DNA of 64,000 nucleotides from Candidatus Poribacteria bacterium. GTDB lineage: Bacteria > Poribacteria > WGA-4E > WGA-3G. A program made the translations under genes and the position numbers. Under the pieces are notes generated by a model that ran no database searches, was not told the origin of the DNA, and saw nothing but the letters and a program-made list of their open reading frames with translations. Below, in pieces: positions 49,237-59,178 of this stretch. The DNA lies in assembly GCA_963663765.2 (NCBI GenBank), contig CAXXUA010000005.1, positions 640,001 through 704,000 of the forward strand. The letters are read 5' to 3'. The number at the start of each line of letters is the position of its first letter. Position 1 is the first letter of the stretch.

Positions 49237-50724
49237 CTATTCATCTTCAGTATTCTCTGGTTTGGGTACTTTAGATACTAATCCATCTTTTTCAATGATA
49301 GCAGAATGTGTAAATCGATAGGTATGACTGTTGGGTCCAGCCGCATGCCAACCGCCTTCAAAAAAACTCATTGCAACGAGATCTCTTTCTGTTTCAGGAG
49401 AATCATCTGGAAAAGGCAGTGATGAAGCCCAATTTGTATAAGTAACCGGTTCACCGCTATCCCATACCCATTCCCCTTCCTTTTCAACATCATTGAGTCC
49501 GATCCAAACTGAACCTCTAAAGAGCACCTCAAGCCAAAACTGTTCTTCTTCGTTGTTTATGGATACCAGATGTGCATCTTCTTGAATAGCTTTTTGCTGT
49601 GCATCGTACCAATTATGACAGTTTATTCTGGCATAAGCATGTCCATTTGCGGGGTTGATGATCCAGAAAATTTTTTCCGGTTTTTGAGGAACTGCTGGTC
49701 GGATCATGGGCGGAGGAACAGCTCTATTGCCAAGTAGACCTTGAACAAGATCACGAGCTTTCTCTTCATCAAACTCTTTATTATTCTTTTTGGTTTGCTT
49801 TTTCTCAACCGGGCTGCCATCCAGTTTTATAACAAGATTTTCAGGATGTTTGTCTTTTGTCAGTACAAAAGGTCCTGCTCCTCCTTTATATCCCTTATAT
49901 TCAACTGAAATTGTATAGTATCCCGGATTATCTCTATATTCTACAAAATAACCTTCAGCGTTGGTAAAGTTATTTGTTCCGTAACCTCCACCACGACTGC
50001 CGAACTCTCGAGCTTGAACTTCCATGTCAAGATCAATTTCCGCATTCGCAACGGGTTTTCCATTAGCAAACACTACTTTCGCAATGATCTTCATTCGCTT
50101 TTCTACGGTGATTACAACATCGTCAAGGTTCACATTTGGTTTCAGTCCAAACGTAAGGTTTGCAAAATGACTATGTGGTTCTTCTGAATAGAAAAAAGTA
50201 AGTTTGTTTAACTTAATAGAGACAAGTCTTATATCCGACTCACCTTTACCGAACATTAGGTGCATTGGAACAGGATTAGCTACTGGGGCATTTTCGGGTT
50301 GTTTCTCTCCTATTTCCCTGATAGGTTGAGGTATTGCTCTTATCTGAATATAACCGGGACGGATATTGGTTGCTTTAAATGAACCATCAGCTTCTGATTT
50401 CACCGTAACCGTACTTTGAGGACCTGCTTTTTGAACTAAAGGTTGTTGATTATTTTGTTGTTGGACAATCGGTCTTCTAATAGCAACTCTCACATGTGGC
50501 TGGAGATTTCCGTTTTTGATTTGCATTGATTGTATAGAAAACATTAAACCTGAGATTGGTTTACCATCCGTATCCACAACTTTTCCAGAAAGGCCACTTG
50601 TAGCATCCTTGTTGGCTATTCCTTGTCTAAGCTGTATTTTTTCTTGAGCATTTATTCCGTGAACGGCAAAAAACAGAACAAAAGCCATAGTAAGATTATA
50701 TACTAAAAAGGTTGACTGTTTCAT
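49237..50724 (-). CDS. Secreted protein: carboxypeptidase-regulatory-like Ig domains + C-type lectin domain
   Basis: SGKVVDTDGKPI; NGHAY..W.DAQ..AHLVSINNEEEQ.WL..WIGLND...EG.W.W.SGE..YTNW. Confidence 0.8.
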   Translation of the reverse strand: MKQSTFLVYNLTMAFVLFFAVHGINAQEKIQLRQGIANKDATSGLSGKVVDTDGKPISGLMFSIQSMQIKNGNLQPHVRVAIRRPIVQQQNNQQPLVQKAGPQSTVTVKSEADGSFKATNIRPGYIQIRAIPQPIREIGEKQPENAPVANPVPMHLMFGKGESDIRLVSIKLNKLTFFYSEEPHSHFANLTFGLKPNVNLDDVVITVEKRMKIIAKVVFANGKPVANAEIDLDMEVQAREFGSRGGGYGTNNFTNAEGYFVEYRDNPGYYTISVEYKGYKGGAGPFVLTKDKHPENLVIKLDGSPVEKKQTKKNNKEFDEEKARDLVQGLLGNRAVPPPMIRPAVPQKPEKIFWIINPANGHAYARINCHNWYDAQQKAIQEDAHLVSINNEEEQFWLEVLFRGSVWIGLNDVEKEGEWVWDSGEPVTYTNWASSLPFPDDSPETERDLVAMSFFEGGWHAAGPNSHTYRFTHSAIIEKDGLVSKVPKPENTEDE

Positions 50725-50742
50725 GTTAATTTCTCCTTTTTG

Positions 50743-52031
50743 TTATTCTGTAGATTTATCTGAGGTTGGTATACCGATTACCATATCTGCTTTTTCAAGA
50801 ATAGCTTTTTCAGTAAGTTTCATGACCGGACTATTGTTTCGGATTCTTTGCCATTTACCGGTCACACCGATGAGAACAGTGTATTTTCTCTTTTTGTCCT
50901 GTTCTTTATCTGTATTTTTATCAGTTTCCGTGAGGAGATTTTCGGTGTCCCAATTAGTATAGGTGAGCGGATCACCGTTATCCCAATGCTTGTCGTTCTT
51001 TTTTAAGCCATCAGTGTATCCTATCCAATAATTAGCATCACCAAAAACATGAAGCAACCATTCTTGTTCTTCTACATCATTGATTGAGACGAGATGTGCT
51101 TCTTGCTCTTTAGCTTTTTCTATTGCTTCTTCAGGAGTTTCACATTCAATTATTTTATATGCGTGTCTGTTTTCGGGGTTAATTGCCCAAACACCTTGCC
51201 GAAGACGTTTGAATGCTGCTTGTCTACGCTCAATATCAGGTTGTTTTAGAATTTGTTGTCTAACTTCTTCTGGTATTTTAGGTTCTTTAGATTTTTCTTT
51301 TAGTTTCAGAGTTAGACCTTCAAGTCGTTGTCCTTCTTCAAGCAGTATTTCCTTTGTTTTCCACGGTTTGTCCTTTATAAGTTACAGTAACAGTGTAATA
51401 CCCAGCTGAATTTACATAGCGAGTAAACTTACCTTCTGCGTCAAGTTTTTTTGTGCCACCACCACTACCCCTACCTCTACCATCTATACTTCGTCTGCTT
51501 ACCCTCAGGTTGACAGTTGCATTGCTTAGCGGTGCACCGTCAGTATCAAGTACTTGACCACTAATCTTCATACGAAGACGGACGGTTATTTTTACATCTG
51601 TAATGTCGTTTTCATCTTCAACACCAAAAGCAAATCCTTCATGCATGTGATATTGATATTGATGCATATAGAAACTAATTCCCCGCATTTCTATTAACCC
51701 GAACTTCATAGTCTGACTGGAATCCTGAAAAGAGTCTTAATCTGTTGATAGAAGGTGAAACAATATTGTTAATAGAGAAAGCACCAGTTGCATCTGTATT
51801 CGTGTGTTGAGGGGGTGGGAACACAGGTTCATTCATATTGAACTGGTCTCTGCTTGGGATGAATTTGCCTTTATATGATTCTATTGTAACCGTTACATCT
51901 GGTACTGGTTTACCATCTTCATCAACAAATTTACCAGAAAAGGTCGCTGATGAGCAGTAAGTAGATGCAGTCAGCAAAACGACTAAACATACGAGAATTG
52001 CCAGAATTGGAGTATACCGAATACGTATCAT
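50743..52031 (-). pseudogene. Paralogous Ig-like + C-type lectin protein with two +1 frameshifts
   Basis: Fragments 51675-52031, 51338-51709 and 50743-~51360 join if one base is removed at CGGG (~51699) and GAAAAC (~51358); AHLVSIND, YWIG, YTNW. Confidence 0.78.
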
Positions 52032-52138
52032 CGTAAAATCCTCCTTGTGTTAAGTTGGGTGGATAAATAGGAAAATTAACGCAATATAAGTATTATACCT
52101 TTTGAAGAATTTACTATCAACGGTAGATTTTAGAATTA

Positions 52139-52443
52139 TGGTGAATTTTGAAAATAAGTTTACATTTCTACAATTTACCATATTTGCTGTCATGACAGAA
52201 TGGTATTCATTTATTTGGTAGGAGCGACCTCCAAATCAACGGTATGAATACCATTAAGGCATTCCCCGGTCTCGACTGTATTGATACATGGTCTCCATAC
52301 GGTCGCGACCAGGAGATTGCTCCTACCAACGTAGGGAACGGTCGCGACCAGGAGATCGCTCCTACCGAATACAAAAGGGAAACAAATAGCACGTCTACCA
52401 AAGCAGTCAACTGAAAACAATGTATAATTTTCATAATTCACCA
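52139..52443. mobile_element. Putative TGGTGAA-type MITE with GTAGGAGCG REP-like cargo
   Basis: TGGTGAATTTTGAAAAT..ATTTTCATAATTCACCA; contains the hairpin insert at 52231-52266. Confidence 0.65.
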
Positions 52444-52507
52444 ATATCAAGAAAAGGTAATTTTAGCGGTATTCAATTGTCGCATCATAGCATATTCAAT
52501 GAACTTA

Positions 52508-53944
52508 CTACTCTTCTTGTAATGGAAGAAATTTTATTCGTGGTTGATTATCCATTGTTGTGGTCATAAATTGTAGGTGTTGCAAAAATTCTGCTTCAGT
52601 CTGCACGCCGTTGATACCGCCTTCCCAGATTGCTAATGTCCGATAACTAATCTTTCCTTTCTCATCAGGATTTAAGATCATAGACATAAGGGATGTGTTT
52701 GAGTCAATGAGTTCATTCTGTTGAGTCTTGGGATAAATCAATGCAACACCGAGTGGATGAGTTCCTTTTGGGTCTGTACCCCAACTCCAAAACATATTCT
52801 GTTTATCATCATACCCATTTGTACCATCTAACTTTGGAATGCCAACAACGATTGCATAATCATCGGGTAATGCCTTATCAATATGGATATTTTGTTCGAT
52901 CCAAGGATTTCTTCCGTAAACATAACTCGTTAATGTCAGTTGATATGTTTCACCATTTATAACCCAAGAGGGTAAAATTCGTTGTACTACAGAACGCATT
53001 GCGCCGTTTGCGAGTATTCTGACATAATCCCCATCGCTTGGAAGAGGGATCATTTTCTGCTGTTTCTTATTCCATAATGCAAATCCTCCACTACCGATTA
53101 AGCCTTCGTCTGGAGAAAGCGGAACCATCATTGTATCTTCAGGATCAAGGAGGGAATTTAAGGACAAACCCACTGACTTGGAAAAATTGAGTTGATCATT
53201 TTGCTTGCGAATATAATAATCTTCTTGACTTTCAAGGTCACGTATCACCCAACGTTCTTCAGGTTCTTTGACCTCAATTCTCAATGCCTGTGGATTCTGT
53301 GTTAAAGTAATCGTGTTACTTTGAAAATGGTTTCTAAATTCTGGTGTGAGTTGTCCATTGCCGAAATCCAATTCACTTTGAAACAACGCATCCACACTGA
53401 ATAACTCTTGCCGTTTCTTGCCATAAGAAATTATTGACCCGTCCGACTTCAGCAAATATGCATTCAGGTCTGATTCCAGTGCTGCCATAACGTTGAGTTC
53501 AGGGAAGATTCCTGCACGAGTCTGCTTATTAACATCCCACGTGAATGTTGCCTTAACATTTGGGTCATAAAGAATTGATATCTCCTTGGTTTCTTCAATA
53601 TCAAGATCCAATAGAAAAACTAATTGATCACGTACTCCATCATAATCAATGTCATCTGCTTGCGCGGGTATCATTGCTTCACGTGGAGCTTTACCCGTAA
53701 CAACTGAAAAAGCATTTAATGAAAAATCAGGACTAACTTTTTGGAGTTGTTCCAAAGTCAGCACTATTGGTACATTTTTTCGTTCAATGGAGAGCGTATT
53801 CTGTATTGAAAAACGGATACGATTCGTATCCTGTTTGCTGCCTGGAAATGCACAACCTGCGAATAAAATCAGAAAAGTGACAGCAAATCTTCGATAAAAT
53901 GTGAGAAGAAGTTTATACCTTTTTGTTGTATATTTATTTTTCAT
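52508..53944 (-). CDS. Lipoprotein, DUF4861-like
   Basis: FAGC lipobox; IPAQADDIDYDGVRDQLVF, ALES, YGK, G.GG, NG.MRS. Confidence 0.6.
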   Translation of the reverse strand: MKNKYTTKRYKLLLTFYRRFAVTFLILFAGCAFPGSKQDTNRIRFSIQNTLSIERKNVPIVLTLEQLQKVSPDFSLNAFSVVTGKAPREAMIPAQADDIDYDGVRDQLVFLLDLDIEETKEISILYDPNVKATFTWDVNKQTRAGIFPELNVMAALESDLNAYLLKSDGSIISYGKKRQELFSVDALFQSELDFGNGQLTPEFRNHFQSNTITLTQNPQALRIEVKEPEERWVIRDLESQEDYYIRKQNDQLNFSKSVGLSLNSLLDPEDTMMVPLSPDEGLIGSGGFALWNKKQQKMIPLPSDGDYVRILANGAMRSVVQRILPSWVINGETYQLTLTSYVYGRNPWIEQNIHIDKALPDDYAIVVGIPKLDGTNGYDDKQNMFWSWGTDPKGTHPLGVALIYPKTQQNELIDSNTSLMSMILNPDEKGKISYRTLAIWEGGINGVQTEAEFLQHLQFMTTTMDNQPRIKFLPLQEE

Positions 53945-54017
53945 TGTGCTTCCTAATGTATTGCGGTCGTGTTTTACGTATATTTTCTTGTAACGACTTG
54001 TGCGAATTGACTATACT

Positions 54018-54206
54018 TTGTGAATTTTTAAAAGAAGTTTACAATTCTACATTTTACCATATTGGCTGTTATGTAAGTATTCTATTCTTTCATTCAGCAG
54101 GAGCGATCTCCATGTGGCGACTGTATTGATACATAGCCACCATACGGTCGCGACATGAAGGTTGCTCCTACCTATGCAAGTGTGTAATTATTTCCATATT
54201 CTACCA
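54018..54206. mobile_element. Degenerate TGGTGAA-type MITE
   Basis: Co-linear similarity with 52139-52443; followed by the right half of a CAGGAC-type MITE ending at 54280. Confidence 0.55.
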
Positions 54207-54364
54207 TATAATACATAATTGTTGATTAACGACTTTTTAACTCCTATAACCCCTTATCAAGGAGGAGTATGTAAGTCCTGTTAATCAAACAAGTATAATA
54301 GAATGTTACAAGAATATAATTAACTGGAACAAGTCATTATTTTTTAATATGCAATTCGTTAATG

Positions 54365-54740
54365 CAATACCTTCGCCAATAATAGACATTCTGTCAGATT
54401 GTGCGGGCAGTTGTAGCACATTCTTCCAGATTGTGCGGGCAGTTGTAGCACATTCTTCCAGATTGTGCGGGCAGTTGTAGCACATTCTTCCAGATTGTGC
54501 GGGCAGTTGTAGCACATTCTTCCAGATTGTGCGGGCAGTTGTAGCACATTCTTCCAGATTGTGCATATAAATTATTCTGTCAGATTCTATCGTCAAATTA
54601 GACGCTATGATAATTAAAAATACTTCAACGAAAACCTGAAGTTATTTTTATTTATGTAATCCTAACAATATCACAGAGCAATGGTAGATCAACACTATAT
54701 ACTCATTCAACTGAAGCACTCAAAAATGGCGAAGGTATTG
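54365..54740 (+). mobile_element. CAATACCTTCGCCA MITE with 5.3 copies of the 32-bp unit
   Basis: 14-bp TIR; TTAATG duplicated; exactly 96 bp (3 units) longer than 28135-28414. Confidence 0.92.
54395..54564 (+). repeat. 32-bp tandem repeat x5 plus a partial unit
   Basis: CAGATTGTGCGGGCAGTTGTAGCACATTCTTC, identical units without spacers. Confidence 0.95.
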
Positions 54741-54755
54741 TTAATGGAAATGCTA

Positions 54756-55562
54756 TTAAAGCAATAATTCATAGATTGCTTTTGCAACCCCATTCTCATC
54801 ATTAGTAGATGTAATGTAATCTGCACATGATTTGATAGGTACAACTGCATTCCCCATTGCAATACCAAATCCTGCGGTCTTTAGTAGACTTTCATCGTTA
54901 TAACTATCTCCAAAAGCGACAACAGATGCTAACGGTATATCAAATTGTTTGGTGAGTGCTGTGAGTGCCATACCCTTAGACACATCTGGATTCATAAATT
55001 CTATATATTCCGGTTGTGTCTGTGTTACATAGAGCTTCTCTGCATATTCTGTTTTGAACCATGTCAGATAATGTTGCAGTTCTTCAGCAGGATGAATAAT
55101 AAGGAGTTTTGTTGGCGTTTTTTCATCTAATTTGCGCAGATCTCCTATCGCAGTTGCGGGAACTCCTGTACGTGCTTCATAGAGTTCGCTCCAATTGTTT
55201 ATTTCAGCCACAAAAAGTTCATCATCCAGACAATAATTCAGGTGTAAATCTTGCTGGATGCAGTCATTTACAACAGTCTTCGCATATTCTGTGGGAACAG
55301 GTGTATGGTGAAATACCTCACCTGAAACTGCATGCTTGACCATCCCACCATTATACGAAATGATAGGATTTTGTAATCCTATCTGATCGCTTATCGGTTT
55401 TATGGAACGATGCATTCTACCTGATACCAAAACAACCATTATCCCATTTGCTGTAAGTTGCTGAAGTGCATCACAGTTTTCTGGTGATACTTTGTGATGA
55501 CTGTCCAGAAGTGTTCCATCTAAGTCAAATGCCGCTAAGCGACACGGTATTTTCTTTTTCAT
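54756..55562 (-). CDS. Cof-type HAD hydrolase
   Basis: FDLDGTLL, SGR, YNG, SKG.AL, FGDSYND, AMGNA. Confidence 0.93.
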   Translation of the reverse strand: MKKKIPCRLAAFDLDGTLLDSHHKVSPENCDALQQLTANGIMVVLVSGRMHRSIKPISDQIGLQNPIISYNGGMVKHAVSGEVFHHTPVPTEYAKTVVNDCIQQDLHLNYCLDDELFVAEINNWSELYEARTGVPATAIGDLRKLDEKTPTKLLIIHPAEELQHYLTWFKTEYAEKLYVTQTQPEYIEFMNPDVSKGMALTALTKQFDIPLASVVAFGDSYNDESLLKTAGFGIAMGNAVVPIKSCADYITSTNDENGVAKAIYELLL

Positions 55563-55603
55563 GTATTGTCAGTTTTTCCGTTCTTATTCAATCGTCGAAT
55601 GTA

Positions 55604-56722
55604 TTACAATATTGCGTGCTCAGTGTTCTTATCAAAGAGATGCATCTGATCGGCATCAAAATCTAACCAAATTTTCTCACCAACTTCTACGTTAAAAGTA
55701 GGGTGCGTTCTAACACGTAGAATAATGGGTTCATGTGACTCCTGATGTGTGCCAATCAGCAGATCAAGGATATTCACAGAACCGAGTGGTTCAATCAGAT
55801 GCACATCAGCAGAGATTTTTCTACCAATCGGTTCTGTCGCAGCAGTGATATGTTCTGGTCGAATGCCAAGAACACAACCATTCTTTGGACTTTTTTTGTT
55901 TATGAGAGCTTGTTGTTCAAACGTTAGATCTATATGAAGATTCGTATGTTTCAGTTCTAATATAGTTGTGCCTTGATATGAGGAAAGTTCAGCCTCAAGT
56001 AAATTCATAGCCGGACTTCCCATAAATCCAGCAACAAATAAACTTTGCGGTTTGTTATATATTTCGTGCGGTGTACCGATTTGTTGAAGCACACCTTGAT
56101 GCATTACTGCAATGCGATCGGCAAGCGACATTGCCTCAATTTGATCATGTGTAACAAAAACAGTCGTAGCACCGATCTCGTGTTGCAATCGTTTGATCTC
56201 TGCGCGTGTGTCAATCCTCAGTTTCGCATCTAAATTCGCCATCGGTTCATCAAGCAGATATGCTTTCGGTTGACGCACCATTGCCCTTGCCAAGGCAACA
56301 CGCTGCATTTCGCCACCACTCAACACACTCGGTTTACGATCTAACATCTCTGTTATCTGCAATGTCTCTGCCACTTTTTTTACGCGAGTGTCAATCTCAT
56401 TTTTTGCAATCTTTACAGCTTTTAATGGAAATGCTATATTGTCATACACACGCAAATGTGGATAAAGCGCATAGAATTGAAAAACAAATGCAATGTCTCT
56501 GTCAGCCGGTCGAAAATCGTTGACGCGTTGACCATCAATTAGGACATTACCACGTTCAGGATGCTCTAAACCAGCAATAATTCTAAGGGTCGTCGTTTTT
56601 CCACAACCCGATGGACCCAGGAATACGACAAATTCTTGGTCCTCAATAACTATGTTAAAATCTTTAACTGCAATGACATCTCCGAATCGTTTTTCAATGT
56701 TTTCTAAAATAATTTGTGCCAT
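55604..56722 (-). CDS. Carbohydrate ABC transporter ATP-binding protein (MalK/UgpC-like)
   Basis: GPSGCGKTT, FQ.YALYPH, LSGGEMQR, LLDEP, VTHDQ, GIRPEH; start 56722. Confidence 0.93.
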   Translation of the reverse strand: MAQIILENIEKRFGDVIAVKDFNIVIEDQEFVVFLGPSGCGKTTTLRIIAGLEHPERGNVLIDGQRVNDFRPADRDIAFVFQFYALYPHLRVYDNIAFPLKAVKIAKNEIDTRVKKVAETLQITEMLDRKPSVLSGGEMQRVALARAMVRQPKAYLLDEPMANLDAKLRIDTRAEIKRLQHEIGATTVFVTHDQIEAMSLADRIAVMHQGVLQQIGTPHEIYNKPQSLFVAGFMGSPAMNLLEAELSSYQGTTILELKHTNLHIDLTFEQQALINKKSPKNGCVLGIRPEHITAATEPIGRKISADVHLIEPLGSVNILDLLIGTHQESHEPIILRVRTHPTFNVEVGEKIWLDFDADQMHLFDKNTEHAIL

Positions 56723-56741
56723 ACATTTTACTTCTGTTTGA

Positions 56742-56870
56742 CAGGACTTACGCATCTCCTCTTAAAGTCCCACTGATAAGGGGGATTTAGGGGGTTAAAT
56801 CTCTGAAATATTGTTTAATAACGACTTTTTAACCCCCTAACCCTTATCAAGGGGGAATACGTAAGTCCTA
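56742..56870 (+). mobile_element. CAGGACTTACG-TIR MITE with different cargo (CCCC..GATAAGGGGG inverted pair)
   Basis: TIR; TSD TTTGA; 129 bp. Confidence 0.85.
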
Positions 56871-56920
56871 TTTGAATAATCTATAAAGTAAAACCGTGTA
56901 ATACAGTTTTACGAATCCAC

Positions 56921-57721
56921 TCAAGGACGGTGGTCTGTGTTAATTGGGGTTTCATCATTTTCCACAAAACGTTCTATGGAATTCCGAGTAGCAGGATTCG
57001 TACGAAAATCTGCAACCCAAGGTTCACGAAAATATGCTTGCTTTTCACGGGGAAGTCCATTTAACACAGCAGGAGGAATGCGAAGTCTATGCCAGTGCGT
57101 TGCAATATGTGCATAGGCACTTAATATCGCTATTCGAGGTGTTTCCCGTTGCCAGATAGGTCCCGCGTGACACAGATTTTCAGTGAAAAAGATCGCGCTT
57201 CCAGCTGGACATTCGTAGGTAGTCAGAAACTGGCTACGTTTACCATCTTCTAACGACATGTGGTCTGGATGCATTGGAAAGTTCGCTTTATGACTACCTA
57301 CAATGAAATGTGTCGCACCATCATTTTTTGAGATGTCTGTTAGTTCAATCACAACTCGTACCATACCTGCATGTATCTTGCCATTATTGACACGGTATCC
57401 AAAAATTGGGTCCGCTTGACGTGGACCTCCCCCATGAAGTTCGCCATGTCTTTGTCCCTTTTTACGCCAAACAGAAAATGTACTCTCCATACGGATATCT
57501 GGACCGATGATTTGATGCAGCACATCAATGACTTTAGGATGGTCAATAAGTATGCTGGATGCACCGCCGGGGATAGCACGATGTTCTGGAGGTAATGATT
57601 CTGGGTTACGACGTATCCTGTCAAGTTGATCTACGATCGCGTCAACTTCGTCCTTTTCAAGGATCGCAGGACGCACAAGAAAACCAGATATGTCAAAACG
57701 AAATTTTTCTTCATCAGTCAT
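56921..57721 (-). CDS. PhyH-like Fe(II)/2OG enzyme with HxG instead of HxD
   Basis: FDISGFL, LHGGG, DGATHFIVGSHK, FTENLCHAG. Confidence 0.8.
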   Translation of the reverse strand: MTDEEKFRFDISGFLVRPAILEKDEVDAIVDQLDRIRRNPESLPPEHRAIPGGASSILIDHPKVIDVLHQIIGPDIRMESTFSVWRKKGQRHGELHGGGPRQADPIFGYRVNNGKIHAGMVRVVIELTDISKNDGATHFIVGSHKANFPMHPDHMSLEDGKRSQFLTTYECPAGSAIFFTENLCHAGPIWQRETPRIAILSAYAHIATHWHRLRIPPAVLNGLPREKQAYFREPWVADFRTNPATRNSIERFVENDETPINTDHRP

Positions 57722-57781
57722 AGTTTCTAACTCCTTCTTACTGACATACTCCCCAAGCTAAAGCATGGGGGTTCTTAGTTC

Positions 57782-59099
57782 TTATATTGGAAACGGTTTG
57801 AGTTGTTTCCAAACGACTTTTCCTGCTTCCGTGTCTCGTGCCCTTTCCTGAACAGCGTTGGGTCTTATTTGCACTCCACAGGCGTGACTTTCGGTGTGTC
57901 CCACCGTAGTTGGTTTCAAGTTTATTGCAGCGTTGACATCTCTATCTATAGACATATCACATTGACTGCAGTGATACATTCTTTCTGAAAGTGTTAGGTC
58001 TTTCTTTTTGTGTCCACAACCGGAACAGGTTTTACTACTTGCAAAGAACATATCTGCTTCTTTGACAGGTATACCGTGCACTTCTGCTTTTGTCTTGAGT
58101 TTTAACAGGAAACTGCCTAATGCTGTATCTGACAATGCTTTTGCGAGGTTTCTGTTCTTCAGCATATTAGTAACCTTGAGTGTCTCAATACCGATCACAG
58201 ATGCGAGGTTGACAATCTCTGTAGTTGCTTTATGATGTGCATCGTTTCGGATACAAGCGATACGATAGTAGATACGTTCTAACTTGTGTTTTTGTTTGAA
58301 CCAGTTGTTAGACTTGAAAACTTTTCTACTTAATCTACGTTGTTCTCTTGCTAACTTCTTTTCATATCGTTTCAGGGGTCTTGGATTATCATATTTCGTG
58401 CCATCACTCAATGTGGCAAGTGTGTTTATGCCTACATCTATACCAATCACAGGGTGCGTTGAATTATCAACTGCTTCGGTGTCCTCTGTTTCTATGGTGA
58501 TAGATACAAACCAACGATGTGCTGTCCTTGAGATCGTCACTTTCATAATCTTACCCACAAAACGCAATGATTCAAACATGCTAATCCAACCAATCTTAGG
58601 AAGTTTGATACGCTTACCTTCAACTTCTACAGATTGATTATTTGTGGTGAATGCGTCCTTTTTGCCACGCTTCTTGAACTTCGGAAATCTCGCACGCTTA
58701 CCAACCCAATTCGCAAGCGCAGCAGACAAGTTACCAAATATGCTTTTATTGGCTACAACCTGATCCATATCTTTAGTCCAACAGGACTTACGCAAAAACT
58801 GTAGGCGTGCTTTGTAAGCGCGCCGGAAACCCATAAAAACGCTGATAATTGCATCATTTTCATCATAATTCTTCATCAAATCATGAAAAATGCGTAAGTC
58901 CTGTCCAAGCATGTGCTTTCTTAGCAATATTAAATCGAGTGTTTAACTTCGCAGCGGATAAGAACTCATCATTTGCCAATGCAGACTTGAAATCTGCTAA
59001 TGCATGATTATATGAAAATCTCGCATAGCCACACTGTTGTGCAAACCATTTTCGTTGATTGTTATTTGGATTCAATGCAATCTTATGTGTTTTTAGCAT
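57782..59099 (-). pseudogene. tnpB: tnpB interrupted by a MITE after about codon 65
   Basis: N-terminal part 58904-59099 and C-terminal part 57782-58781 match the intact copies. Confidence 0.92.
58782..58903 (+). mobile_element. 122-bp CAGGACTTACGCA MITE inside tnpB
   Basis: TSD TCCAA; empty site TAGTCCAAGC seen in copies 1 and 2. Confidence 0.96.
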
Positions 59100-59178
59100 G
59101 ATGATATTCCAGTCCTATGAAGACGTCAGTTCCCTCTACTAAAGGTGTGTAGGTGTTAGTAGCACCTACACTGAACTA

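Noticed and set aside
49237-52031. Diversity-generating retroelement targeting C-type lectin genes
   Set aside because: No reverse transcriptase and no TR/VR pair with adenine-specific differences seen.
54395-54564. CRISPR array
   Set aside because: Identical 32-bp units with no unique spacers, inside a TIR/TSD-bounded MITE; no cas genes in the window.
54306-54596. Repeat-peptide ORFs (54306-54596, 54359-54547)
   Set aside because: Chance translations of the 32-bp tandem repeat.
57782-58927. 381-aa TnpB variant with a novel N-terminus
   Set aside because: The N-terminus is read through the inserted MITE, no RBS is evident, and the native N-terminal 65 aa are lost.
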